The notes: generated from the sequence alone by a model not told the origin. Positions 13,201-26,099 are shown, numbered from the whole stretch's first letter. The stretch: DNA of 63,402 bases, filler included, from Octopus bimaculoides (GCF_001194135.2; 5 parts of 4 records of this genome joined end to end with filler, not necessarily neighbours in it), one strand, 5' to 3'. A program made the numbers and translations.

Positions 13201-14519
13201 CAGGAGCAACTAGTTCAGCTAACAAACTACTGCTTTCATCTGTAATCATGGCATGTGCAGATGTGACATTTCAGCTAGCAAAAAGACTAATGTAATTGAA
13301 GCCCAGTCCAGACATTCATGCCTCATTGCTCAGTCAGGACATCTGGTATGGAAGGGTTACATTGGTCCAGGGTAAGTTGTCCAACATAGACAACAAATCA
13401 TTTCTACAGGGGAAATGTCCCTGGAAACAGTAATTATCCTCTGTGCCTTTTTTGAAAATTGTTAGTAATCTAAAAGAAATGAGTTGCTGTAGTTGTGAGT
13501 TGACAACAAGCCATGTTCTTGTTTAGTTGGAACTTACCTCCCTGAAACAATATTAGTTTAAAACCAACATAATACCACTTCATTGATTTTATAATATTAA
13601 TTATCAGCACAATCTTCCGGTTATTTATCTATATTGGACAAGAATATGTTTTATATATATCTTAATTGCTACAATTCTGATTAGAATGAGTTTGATGATA
13701 ACCTATTTGTTTGTATGTCTAATTACAGAGATTGCTCAAAAGTAGAAGTTAACGTACAAAAGATTAAAGAGCCAAGAATTCTATTTTTAGAAATTATTAT
13801 CTGCAGAGAGAGATAGTGTGTGTGTGGGAGAGAGAGTGAGAGAGAGAGAGGAGTGTAACTCTAAACAACATTTTGTTCTCTGTAAATGTTCATTAAAAAA
13901 ATAATGTAAAAATATATTCTAAAATTTGTGTGAAATCTAAGAAAAAAAGACTTAAAAGAAACTGAAATATTCAACATGTCAGTTACATTGAAGATTTACG
14001 CAATCTTTATGTTTAATCAAAAATTACATAACACACAAAAACTTGTAATTATGATGTGATAGTCTTTTATAGATGCTGTAAAGTAATTTTTATGTTTAAA
14101 ACTCCAAGGTTTTAACATGAAAATATGTAGGTGTTTAACTTGAAATGGCCAGATCTCTTTAGCTGTAAATGGCTCCCACAAGTTGAAATGTGTGCGTGCG
14201 TGCGTGCGTGCGTGCGTTGGGGGTAAAATGTAAAAAAGATGACAATGTCAAGGAAGAGAAAAAATATCTGTTGTTTCAAGACAGCTTTGTTTTGAGAGAG
14301 ACAAAAATTTCTTTTTGCTTCTTATGCTTGTGTTCATAAGTTTTTCATAAAAACCATGTCACAAGATTAATCCTGTCACATCCATGCCACAAAGATTTTT
14401 TGTAAATATTTCAGTTTTGTAATGCTGAAATAGCATCTCTCTCCTAGTGTAATTATTTGTCAGGTTATTTTTATAGCAATGGTCATATAGTATTACTGAA
14501 TGTTGGAATGTTGGCATTA

Positions 14520-14860
14520 TCACAAATACAAGAGGCTGGAATGGGGAGGATCTAAAAGAGCTCTGGAGAAATGTTACTTGGCAGGATGTGTAGCTAAGAT
14601 ATCAAGGAGTTTCCCCAGGTCAAGCGACTGCTTCTCAGCATTGAGAGGTACTGCAGACATGTAGTTAGATTGTTGCATGAGAGGCTCGCAAGATAGATTC
14701 TGCAAGCTGAGTCAACCAACAGGAAAGCTAGGAGTAGACTGGAATTGTTAGATAATATCCATAGCTTCAGTTGGTCACCTCTTGGGAATCCAGCTGCAAA
14801 GTGAGTATGATAATGGCTGTGACTGATAGATTTCTGTTGAGGAGAAGCCTGGAGATTCTA
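14520..14860 (+). mobile_element. Old LINE ORF2 C-terminal remnant
   Basis: Translates to HVVRLLHERLAR*ILQAESTNRKARSRLELLDNIHSFSWSPLG, the typical GHVxRM..R..R..W.D pattern. Confidence 0.65.
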
Positions 14861-16155
14861 CCCAACACAATTCTCCCAGGAATAGTGGGTGGAGAAAATG
14901 GAAGTGTTTAAAGCACCAGCTTCAGAAAAAGTTTCAAAATAATTAACCTCGTATTTTTTTTTTTTTTATCAAGAAACTAAGGTGATCATTTCACAGATTA
15001 AGCCTGACAGCTCACACTCATCTCATTTCACTTAAACAAATACAAGTTCTCAACAATCCTGATTCCGATATTTCACTATGACAAAACCATACCCTTCTTG
15101 CATGCAAATTACAGAACTCACATCTTATGGAGAGGGATGATAATTTAAGAATTGGCAGATTTTTTCTTTCAAGGAACTTCTAATCTTTATCAAGTTTCAT
15201 GAAGTCCCTCATTATATGATAAATTCCTATTCATTTCAAAACGAAAAGATTTTTCATATGCAAAATTAGAGAAAAAATTTTTTTTCTTTTTATCATGTAG
15301 TTTTTTTCTCTCTTGATAAACCTAAAAGCCATTTTCTTTGATTTTTATCAGAATCAGAATATCTGACATCTTTGTGGAAGAACATTTTGCCATTAGTAAC
15401 TTATATCAACCATTAATGTTCTTTTTTTTTAAATCTCATAATGCTTAACTATTATTTACTTCTTAAGCTTATTTATTCATTTATTTATTTCATTTATTTT
15501 ATTCCTTTCTCTTTTATCCCATTCCTTGCATTTCTTGAAATGCTTCAGCAAACTAGTTTCAAACACAAATGTCTTTAACTGCTGTGTTAGTGCTTGTCGG
15601 TAAGGTAGGATGTCTTTAAGTAGGAACAAACATTATTTAGTTCTATTTTATACTGGTAGTGACAATTTAATGTGAACACTACCTGAACATTTTACAGGAA
15701 TTTCAAAATTCCTTCATATTTTCTTTCCAAAGAAGTATTTGACTTTTTTCTTTTTTTTTTTCGTTTTTTTTCTTTTTCTTTTGTCTTGCATTGGTTTCTA
15801 TGGCAGTAACAAACACTGCCTTCATTATTTACACAATAAAATCAGTTAAGTGCAATATTTTCTGGCATATATATTACAAAACCTGAAGTTCAAACATATA
15901 CAAATATATAACAATAAGATTTGTTTGTTTGGATAATAAATGTGCACTGCACATGCATGTTTAGAGATGCATGTTTGGTCTGTGTTTGAATGTGCAGAAA
16001 TGTGCACATTCAAACATGAACAGAAAATTGCATGATTTTCTATAGAGACTTGTATCTCTGTGTAAGCATATGTCTATGGGTGCATGTATGCAAACAAGCA
16101 TTAAGAAACAAGAGAGAAAAAGAAGGAGAGACAGAGAGATCAATGGGCATGCTTG

Positions 16156-16186
<31 letters not shown>

Positions 16187-16200
16187 ATGTATATATATGC

Positions 16201-16250
<50 letters not shown>

Positions 16251-16326
16251 GTGTGTGTGTGTACCTATTGATCTACATATAAATATGTATGTGCATATAT
16301 TTACTCACTATTATAATTTCTCTTAG

Positions 16327-16406
16327 AAGTATATTATCAAGAAAGTGAACTATACAACACAGATGTGAGATATTTTGGCAAAACAGAAATACTTTCAGAT
16401 ATGAAG
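16327..16406 (+). CDS. Candidate internal coding exon of an unidentified host gene (xVYYQESELYNTDVRYFGKTEILSDMK)
   Basis: Branch-like CTCAC and TTTCTCTTAG acceptor, open frame of 80 nt (phase 1 to 0), AAG|GTCAGC donor, non-repetitive sequence. No homologue recognised. Confidence 0.35.
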
Positions 16407-17139
16407 GTCAGCTTTTTAATTTAAATAAATTAACAATATTAATGGCTGAAAAAAAAAACTGCTCATCTTGGCACTGATATATTTCTTCTCAACAAAATAT
16501 TTCTACATTATAAGATCTTATAGTTTATTCGAAGCCTTTTTATTTCAGTATAGAAACAAAGGGGAATGATAAAAGCCACATAATACAAAATTATGGAAAA
16601 CTAAATTTATTCAAGGCATACCAGTGTGTATATTCTTTCAGGGATCAGAGTTCTGGATTGTTAACAGGTAGTTTTGGAGATAAGATCCCGAGGGGAAGGC
16701 TGAATATTCAACTCTTCTCTCCATGTTGCAGATCTAATCACATTAGTGACAAGAGAGTAAGAGGAACTGAAGAAAGAAATTCATTTCTTTCTCTGCTCTT
16801 TCTCTAATATACATCTTAGCTATGGGGATAAAAGTGATGTGTAAAACAAGATTAAAAATGAAAATATATAAGTAAATCTCAAAATCAGATATAACATTAC
16901 AGAAATGTTTGAGAAAGAAATGAGCAATATCTGAGTACAAATGGTGAACAAATTCTTCAACGCTAAGCAAAATTGTATGAGACACAACGAAGCAAATTCA
17001 CTGTCGATGATACAGAATAACCAGAGCCCAATATGAAATACCTACTAAGCAAAATAAACAGTGTGGTTATTGTCAAATATAAAATGATATGTCTTTAGTT
17101 TTTTTTGTTTTTTTTTTTAAGAAATCAGACCTATGGAGG

Positions 17140-17720
17140 CTAAATAACCCCCAAAATACAATGGAAGCTAAATAAGCAAAAAATATTATGGAGGCTAAAT
17201 GTGCAAGAAAAAGATGCTATGGAAGCTGAATATGTAAAAATAAAGAAGGGAAAAAGTGAATGAGTTTGAGAGAGGAAAAAATTATAAGCTCCCCTGACAT
17301 CAGCCAAATTGTAACTGAGCAGAACTACATTGACATGGAACAATTATTACCAATTCTATATGCAACAACTTATAATGCTGAAAATCTAACAGAACCTAGA
17401 AAAAAAAAATAAAGAAACTATAATCCTTATGATGAAATAATGTAAAACCCTGAGCATAACGTAAAACATGAAAAAATGAAATTTATACCAATTCATGATA
17501 AACCACACAAAAAATGGATACAGCTTAGTAATAAAAGAAAAGATAGAAAGAAAACAAAGTACAAGGAACTCAAATGGATAACGAGATAACAACATATTTA
17601 ATGTAATAGCTATGAAACATATGAAATAAATATAAACCAATTTAATGATGGATTTATACAAATTGTCTAATTTAGAAAAGAGCCAAATACCAAAGAGGGA
17701 GCTGGTTGGGGAATTCAATG
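17140..17720 (+). mobile_element. A-rich degenerate coding-like segment, possibly a LINE ORF1 remnant
   Basis: Strong purine/A strand bias with short interrupted Lys/Glu-rich frames; no diagnostic motif. Confidence 0.25.
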
Positions 17721-18129
17721 AAAGTCGAGTAAGAAATCAAGCAACAGAACGAACCATGGCCAAATCACAATGTCTATGTGGGTGGATGTGGTGGGGGAGT
17801 GAATGAGAGGACATGTGGGGGGTTAGAATGGGTGGATTGAGTGGGTGTGTCAGTGAGTCGAGTGTGAGAGTGGGGGAGCAATAAGTGGGTGAGAGGGAAG
17901 GTGAGTGGGTGGATGAGTGAGGGTTGAGAGCAGAGGCCACGGGTGCATGAGTGAGTGTATGTGTTTGGGGTTGGGGTGGAATAGATGAGTAAGTTGAATG
18001 AGTGAGAGAGAAAGAGAGAGAGAGAGAGAGGGAGAGTGTGTATGTGTGTGTGTGTGTGTGTATGTGTACGTGTGTATGTTATGCAACATTGAAAGAAACA
18101 TATAACTTCCTTTTTTGTCCATCTTTCTA

Positions 18130-18270
18130 TGAAAGTGGAAGTGGTTGTTGATGGCTTACCTCAACAAGATATGCTTCATTACATGGATTATTCGTCCATG
18201 GAGGACAATGTGGTTTTGCTGATTAAGCAAATCAACTGCAGAAAGATACCAGGATTAGATGATATCATCA
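18130..18270 (+). mobile_element. LINE ORF2 fragment upstream of the RT domain
   Basis: VVLLIKQINCRKIPGLDDI resembles the conserved AIKxLKxGKAPGxDGI motif. Confidence 0.5.
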
Positions 18271-18329
18271 TCATCAAGCCCTGGACATGACTGTCTCAAG
18301 CCTTAGGAACCTTAGGGCCAGTTATTCTG

Positions 18330-18545
18330 TTTCCATGGATTTCAAGTGACTGAGATCACAACACTTCACTTGAAAGGGACATCAGTTTGTTGCAAGGTTA
18401 CCCATTTACTGGTGAGCAGACAGGAGTAAGCTGAACTGAAGTGTTTTACTCAAACAAACACAATACACCGCCCAGTCCAGGGATTGAAACCACTATCTTA
18501 TGATTTTGAGTGTAGCACCCTAACTACTAGGCCATGTGCCTTCAC
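18330..18545 (-). mobile_element. tRNA-derived SINE (family B), CpG-decayed
   Basis: Reverse complement gives GTGAAGGCACATGGCCTAGTAGTTAGGGTGCTACACTC..GGTTTCAATCCC (A/B-box-like); homologous to 31829-31945. Confidence 0.75.
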
Positions 18546-18739
18546 TCATTAAATGATAGAACTGTTGCAAATTGTGGGTGACAGGTTTCATCAGCCATAA
18601 TAAATTTGATGACAAATAGCTGGGAAGAAGCTTTCAAACCACAAGACTGGAATGATGCAACTCTTGAGGTTCAAAAGCAAATTTGTATGTGCTAATTCTC
18701 ATGGTATTGACAAGGTTTAATCTAGACTATTATCTTTTA

Positions 18740-19560
18740 TCTTTTACCTGTTTCAGACATTAAGGCAGCAGCCATGCTGGGGCATTACCTTGCAGAAGTT
18801 TTAGTTGAATGAATTAATCTCAGTACTATTCTATTGGTCTCTTTTGCTGAACTACTATGTTGCAGGGATGTAAACAAACGAACATCATTTGAAAAACAGT
18901 GGTGAAGACACACACACACACACACATATATGTATATATATATATACATATAATTGAAAAAAAAGATTAGAGATCTATACAAATCAAACTCTTATATATA
19001 AAAGATGGAAGTGGAAGTAGCACAGAAGTAAATCTAAGACATTTCAATTTAAGAAGGAATTTAATAAAATGATTTTAAAATTATATAAAGAAAATTATTA
19101 CCCATGATGAATCTCATCTTATCAAATATCAGTAAAAATTTATAAAAATTTGAAGTAAAAACGAATTTATCTTCTGTCTGGGGGTCAAAAACAGTTTATA
19201 TTCAGCCTGAGAGTCAAAAACAGTTTATCTTTTGTCTGGGGGTGTTTTTACTTCAAATTTTTATAAATTTTTACTGATAATTGATAAGATGAGATTCGTC
19301 ATCGAAACCGGTAATATTTTCATTATATCATTTTAAAATCATTTTATTAAATTCTTTCTTAAATTGAAATGTCTTAGATTTACTTCTCCACTATTTCTAT
19401 GTACTTTATATATATATATATACATACATGCCGTCCATCAAATCCACTCACAAGGCTTTGGTCAGCCTGAGGTTATCGTAGAAGACACTTGCCCAAGACA
19501 TCATGCAGTGGGACTGAACCCAGAACCATGCGGTTGGGAAGCGAACTTCTTACCACACAG
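18740..19560 (-). mobile_element. Family-A SINE split by the inverted-arm element (tail 18740-18930, head 19430-19560)
   Basis: The two halves match the 3' and 5' parts of the copies at 41125-41495 and 62535-62960. Confidence 0.65.
19024..19387. mobile_element. Inverted-arm element (about 140-bp arms) with hammerhead-like core in the right arm and a about 30-bp tandem-repeat spacer
   Basis: 19024-19162 and 19244-19387 are reverse complements with scattered mismatches. The right arm reads TTGATAA-GATGA-GATTCG-TCATC-GAAAC-CG-GTA at 19281-19313. Confidence 0.8.
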
Positions 19561-19615
19561 GGGTTGATGAATGACACCTACTCCTCAATGCTACCCAAAA
19601 TATACTCTGGTTTTA

Positions 19616-19842
19616 TTGGGTTGTCCAGAAAGTTCATGCCAATTTTTAAAGGAAAGAAAAAGGTCAATAAATACTTGCCATTACATTTTTAATCAACCAA
19701 ATATGAACCATTTTGTTGCACAATGCATCTCCATCTTTCCTTTAACTTGAATATACCCTCTTCCTAGAATTGAGGTGCTTTCGTGGCAAATAAGTCGAAA
19801 GTAAGCTACTATAAATTGGCATGAACTTTCCGGACAACCCAA
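19616..19842 (-). mobile_element. Mariner deletion derivative (MITE-like), about 30-bp TIRs, TA TSD
   Basis: TA|TTGGGTTGTCCAGAAAGTTCATGCCAATTT ... AAATTGGCATGAACTTTCCGGACAACCCAA|TA. The minus strand retains the mariner C-terminus RWRCIVQQNGSYLVD*. Confidence 0.9.
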
Positions 19843-20090
19843 TAGATTAAGCAGGGTTACTTTAGACATGACTCTACTGGGAGACATCATCATCCTCATC
19901 AACAACATTTTATGACTGCTTTCTATGTTGGCATGGATTGTATAGTCCAACAGAATGCAACAGGTCAGCTTGATCGACCTGCAATTAAATGTGTATGTGC
20001 GTGCATGTGTGTATATATATGTATAGACACACACACATACATATACACAGATATGTGTATATATATTCACACATATATATATATACATAA

Positions 20091-20126
<36 letters not shown>

Positions 20127-21379
20127 ACGTGCGTGTGTGTGTGTAGATGTGTGAGCATGCATGTGTGTTTCCTTTTTTCTTTCTATCTGTATTTCCTTCA
20201 AAAAGTTACTTTGCTGGAAGCCAGGACATTGTTGTCATTTCCTAGCCAATAATTTGTTAGCTGCCATGTGCTTTCAAAGATATATGGAATAAGAAATTTC
20301 TGTCTTGAAAACAAGTAAGATTTGCTTAGGAAAGGCATCTGACTGTAAGTTAATGCCTCACAAATATAGCTTTCTAACACATGCTAGCATGGAAAAATGA
20401 AATGAAATATACATCGTGTGTGTGTGTGTATTATGCAAACACAAACAGGCACAGACATACACACATACATGCTAAAGATAACAAGATTGCTTAAAACTTG
20501 CATAAAGTGTGATGATGATATGCAGAGAAATAAAGAGAGAGAGAGAAAAAAAGACTGAGAGAGACCCCACATTTATATGTATATATTTGTGCATGTGTGG
20601 ATTTATATGTGTGTGTGTGTGTGTGCATACATACACACACATATATAAATATATTTGTGTGTGTATGTGTGTGTGCATGTGTACATACATATAAACATAT
20701 GTAAGTGGGAAAAAAATCAAATGAAAGAAGAGATGCAAATTAGAGAAAAATGAAACAAAAAACTGATCCAATAATGGAAAGAAAAAGAAAATCTTGGGAA
20801 TTATCAAAAAAAAAAAGATTGCAAAGAAGAAACGACAGAGAATTTCCCAAAATAAGATTTAGAGAATTAAAACAAAAAGAATTGCTGCGAAACATGAATA
20901 TTTAGAAAAAACGGGAAGAAAAGGGGGAAAAAAATCTGTTCAAAGAAAAATATTATTACAAAATAGCACAATAAAAGTAATTAAAGAGAACATTTTATTT
21001 TATTTCATATTCCATTAAAAAAGATAATGTCTTGGTGAAAATGAATGTAATGGCAGGGTGACATGATAAGCAAAACGAAGAGGAAATTAAACGACAGCTG
21101 TTGTGGATGAAATCTAGAAATCCATGACATTATGATCTATGGATTTTGTATCAAGTCTACTACCAACAAGAAGGCCTCTATGCAATCGTTCAACACGCAA
21201 GGAATAATAATAACAATAATAACAATAACCATAATAATCCTTTCTACAAAAGGCACAAGGCCTGAAATTTGAGGGAAGGGGGTTAGTTGATTGCATCAAC
21301 TCCAGTGCATAACTGGTACTTCACATTTTTTTTTTTGTTGTCTAATGTTGGTCATTTCACTTTCTAATAAGCGAGAATT

Positions 21380-22201
21380 TGTCAGAAAGCCTCCAGGAAA
21401 ATGAAACGACACATGTTACACGACACAGACAGTGAAGTTTTGGGGTAAGAGTCTGATGCTTTGGAGATACATAAAAAGTGGTGGTTCAAGAAAGTTGGTT
21501 GAAATTGATGGTAACTTGAATAGAGCCAAATACATCCAGGACAATTTGGACAATTTGGACGAAAGCGAGAGTTTTCAGCATGACAGAGTTCCATGCTGCA
21601 GATCATGTGCAACACAACAAAGTCTGGTTGATGAAGGTGTTACCATATTGAAAGATTGGTCAGCTCAGAGCCCTGACTTGAATGTCATTGAGAAAATATG
21701 GACAGAACTAAAGAGAAGAGTTTGTCAGAAGAATCCATACAATCTTGAAGAGTTGTGGGAGCTCAGCCACAGAGAATGGGATCTCATACTTGTGAAGATG
21801 GTGAAGGATTTGTATGCATCTCTTCCCAGGCACATTGAAGCAATTATTCAAGCTAAGGGAAGCCACATGAAATATTAACAATGTACAGTAACTTCTTGAA
21901 ATGAACATTATGTAATGAATTTTCATTATAGATATTTTTCTATTTTAAAACACTGCATCTTGGTTGGTTTATGTGAGGTGGTTGCAAACTTTTGCAGGGC
22001 CATTTTTGGTGGTCGTTTCACATCTTCCCCTTTCATTCAGTACCCCTTTTGCAAAATATAATGATTAGGTATAGAAATGACTTCAACAGGGCCAATGTTT
22101 CATCTGTAAAAAATGCAATGCAAAACATCCACCTACAAGTTGGCAATTGGTAGAAATTTACAATAGTTTAAAGTGGCCAATGAATTTTGCACAGAACTGT
22201 A
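21380..22201 (+). mobile_element. Tc1-like transposon remnant (C-terminal half of transposase, ORF 21432-21878)
   Basis: Translates to VKFWGKSLMLWRYI..FQHDRVPC..WSAQSPDLNVIEKIWTELKRRV..AIIQAKGSHMKY*; ends ..ACTG|TA near 22200. Confidence 0.9.
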
Positions 22202-22387
22202 TACATAAAAAAATCCAGAAACCTAGGTCTGACCAGAACAAAATAACAAGGTAAAAAGTTTTATCTTTCATTCCTTTTGAAGATTGCTCTTAAATGTGAT
22301 TTTGGTCGTTTTGACTACTTCTTCTAGCGTATAAAAACTGCCTGTTGAAGGTAGTTTTGTGTTTAAATGTACAGTATTTTATACATA

Positions 22388-22418
<31 letters not shown>

Positions 22419-23160
22419 TTGACTAGTGACTGAGACCTTTGGCAATATGTGGTACTTGAGAAGACTCATCAAGCCAAGTGAAATCATAGTCGTGGCCATT
22501 TTTGGGCCTCATGGAGGCAACAACAAGTGACCGAGACCTTGGCGATGTGCTGTGTTTGAGAAGACTCATTATGGTTTCTTAATGGCCAGCCTTTTGTTTT
22601 TGAAAATTAACTGACCAATTGTATCCTCTTACTGTCCGGTCCAGTCCTACTCTAGACCCGGGGTTGTTTCAGGTATACTGCCTACTAATAATAATTAGTA
22701 AAAATACATACAAAGAAAATTAATAGCAAATTATATTCAACTGTTATTTAGTTCTATAACTACCAGTATTTCTTAATTACATTTCTTACTTTTTTTACTT
22801 TATTTTTTGACTTAACCAAATTGCTCATTTTAAATATCCAACCGATGCCTTCCTCCATATATAGGAATATATCACTTAATATTATAACTACCCCTTATTC
22901 TATTTCTAAATTCCAGTCGGTTGAATATTTCAGCATATAGCACCAATCGATTATCACTTTCTCCTTCTTTATCTTCTTTTATATTTTATTTACATTTCCA
23001 CTCTAATGAAGTTTCATGATTCAATTTGGTATAACTAATTACCTACGATGATAACTATTATTATCATTATTGTGGCAGTTAAAACCAAGAATCACGCTAA
23101 CTGAAACAGCTGTAAGTTGAGGTTGTGTCTTTTTGTAATTAATTAATAAATGATAATTGT

Positions 23161-23317
23161 ACATTATTTACATTATTTATATTTGACAGATATTTGTCCT
23201 CATCTTGTTTGTTGTTAACACAACGTTTCAGCTGATATACCCTCCAGCCTTCATCAGGTGTCTTGAGGAAATTTCAAACCTGGGTTCTCATTCCAAAGGT
23301 ATTTTTCAATGTTGCTA

Positions 23318-23381
<64 letters not shown>

Positions 23382-23452
23382 TCACTGCCTGGAATCAAAG
23401 TCGGAATCTTGGGGTTAGTAGCCCGCGCTCTTAGAGACTACACCATATGCCC
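23161..23452 (-). mobile_element. tRNA-headed SINE-like element whose 3' half is a Penelope-pLTR-like sequence containing a hammerhead motif
   Basis: Minus strand reads GGGCATATGGTGTAGT..GATTCCAGGCAGTGACC (tRNA-like head, 23452-23379), then (AAT)n, then GACAC-CTGATGA-A-GGCTG-loop-CAGCT-GAAAC-GTT-GTGTT, then a TAAATAATG tail. Confidence 0.75.
23217..23262 (-). ncRNA. Minimal type-I hammerhead ribozyme motif (Penelope-type, palindromic stem III)
   Basis: Core CUGAUGA (23257-23251) and GAAA, stem II GGCUG/CAGCU (CAGCC in the copy at 1141), stem I GACAC/GUGUU, stem III reduced to palindrome AACGUU. Has one extra A after the core; activity not shown. Confidence 0.65.
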
Positions 23453-25554
23453 ACAGGTATATGGTGTCAATGATGACACCATTATCCTCAAGCTACAATT
23501 GTCATATCCTGCTCCACTATGATATATCACACTCACATGTCAAGATAAAACATAACCAAAAGTCTTAACAAATTGGTGGACCACAAAACTCTAATTGGCA
23601 GTCCTTCACATTCCATTATTTCTGGCAGAAACACTTTCTATTCATTCAGTTAAAGAATGTATAATTAAGTTATTGCTAATTTACTTACTGTAGTGATCAT
23701 AAAAATTGTAATTAAATTATAATTATTAGCTGAAACACCTCACACCAAATAATTTTCTGTAAGTCACTAAATAATATTTACACATTTAATTCTCCATTTG
23801 CATAACTTTTCTGATGTTATGTCTAATTTCCCTTTGCATCATTTTTATTTTTCTAATAGTACTCAAAATTTAGATTAATAGCAAGCACACAGTGACAGTA
23901 TTAGAATTTATGAAGAAATCAGGTATTATGTTGACTTGATTTAGCTGCATAAAAATCCTCAGTTTATCAGATATATATATCTCGATATTTCATAATCTTG
24001 CATGACAGTGAACTGGACTACATATCTAGTCTGTAGTGGAGGAAATCATAAAGCAAAGCTTACTGTAGTTCAGACGTGATTGTATAACTTATTATTTTCC
24101 CTACATTACTTTACTATCAATATATTTATGGTTTATATTGTACATTTTAGTAGTAATAACCTATATAAACACATAGTTACAGATGTAAAGGGATGGGAAA
24201 TGATATATTTTTCCTTTCATTCATCATATGATCAATGATAACATGAACAGTGATCTCAGCAAAAGAATTAACTATCAGAAATAATCAAATGATTTCATGC
24301 TGTAGTCTCCTATAATGGTTATGAGTTGTGTTTTTTAACATTGTACACAACAATCAAATTCTGTCGTTGAAGGAATATGGGACAAGTTTATATTTAGTAC
24401 AATTGTCATAAGTAAATTAAAATCACTTTTCTTCTTCAAAAACACCCTACAAATATGAAAGGGCATAATGTGACTGAGGCTGGATTAAACTCAGAATTTT
24501 AAGAAACGTTCATATTGATACATCTGTAGAAAACACAAACAGGAAACACTATTGCACAATGTTAAAAAATGCTATCTTGCAGTGAATTAAAATTAGTTTT
24601 CTGTAGTTGAAATCTTCAATAATAAAGAAACTTAAAAATCACATTTTGATAAAAATATATTAAAATTGGAATTTTGAAGAAGTATCTGAACATTGTAAAT
24701 TTTAATAATTGCTTTTTTTTTTAATAAAGTGACATACTCTCAACTAATTAATAAGCAGCTTTCTTCATTATAGTATAAATGTGTTGAGAAAAAGACAAAA
24801 TTAACTTAATGATTAATATTATTTTGATTATTTCAGCAAGTATAGAAGATAACATTGTTGTATCACTAAGCTAATATTATCTTATAAATATTTTAAATTA
24901 GAATTTTGATATTTATTACATTAAATATAGTAACATTAACTAAATAAACTATTGTTTTCCATGCAGATGGCACATCCAAGTAATTAACCCACAATAACTT
25001 TTTTTTTTCCATAAAAGTTGGTATAGTCATGACAGAAATTTATCAGTTCTTATTTCCGTGATTGCAAGACTTTGCTCACATTCTCTCCAGCAATATAATT
25101 ATTCATAACTCCATAAAACTTTATCAAATGAATATTCTGATGAGATCCAGCTATCCTTCAGTGTTCCAGTTTATCAGAGCATTAATTTTTATGCATTCAC
25201 TATTAAAGAATTCAACTGGGTATAAGCTTAGGCCTTCAGCATCAAAAGAAAATCAATATCACCAACTTGTTGTTTGTGACACAAGGATCTAAGACATTAA
25301 CCTCTAAATAGCCATCAGACAATATGACTTCATAACAATGCACTTAAATTATATTGGAATGGAATTTGGTTAGGACAGGACAGATGAATATAAATTATGA
25401 TATGTGAAGTAAAACAAACAAGAGGAACCATTTCCAGACTGTTATCATTGATTGTTATATGCTCAATATTTACAAACAAAGCCTCAGGAAGACAAAAATT
25501 TATTGGTCCATCTTGTCAACATCTACAGATATATTTTCAAGTTGTAAACAACAC

Positions 25555-25955
25555 TGTAATGGCTGTATGATTAAGAAGCTCGCTTTACAACCATGTGCTG
25601 CCAGGTTCAGTCCCACAGCACAGCACCTCAGGCTAGTACTTTTTTATCACTAGGTCAACTACTACCTTGTGAGTGAATTTTGTAGACAGAAATTTTGTGG
25701 AAGCCCATCATGTGTGTGTGTGTCTGTGTATGTGTGTGTCATTGCACTTGTGCTTGTCTCTCTCCAGTACTCGACAACTGGTGTTGGTTTGTTTACAACC
25801 CTGTAACTTAGTTCTGCAAAAGAAGCTGTTAGAATAAGTTCAGAAATGTATGAAATAAGTATGGGGGTGAGAGTGATTTATAGAACTAAACTCTTTAAGA
25901 CAGTGTTCCACCACAGCTGCAGCTCAAATGACTGAATCAATTAAAAGATATTATA
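25555..25955 (+). mobile_element. Family-A SINE, CpG-decayed
   Basis: Head TGGCTGTATGATTAAGAAGC..GGTTCAGTCCCAC, (TG)n centre, tail ..AATGACTGAATCAATTAAAAGA. Confidence 0.75.
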
Positions 25956-26099
25956 AACTTGTTTGTAATCTGTGGTTAATCTAGTTATCAGCAGCAGTTA
26001 TGTGTCTATTTATTTAATATATAGAGAAAGTGGGGTCTAGCAAGAGGAAAACAAGCAAAATCTACTGACCCATCATTTCAACATCAATAGATGAATCTT

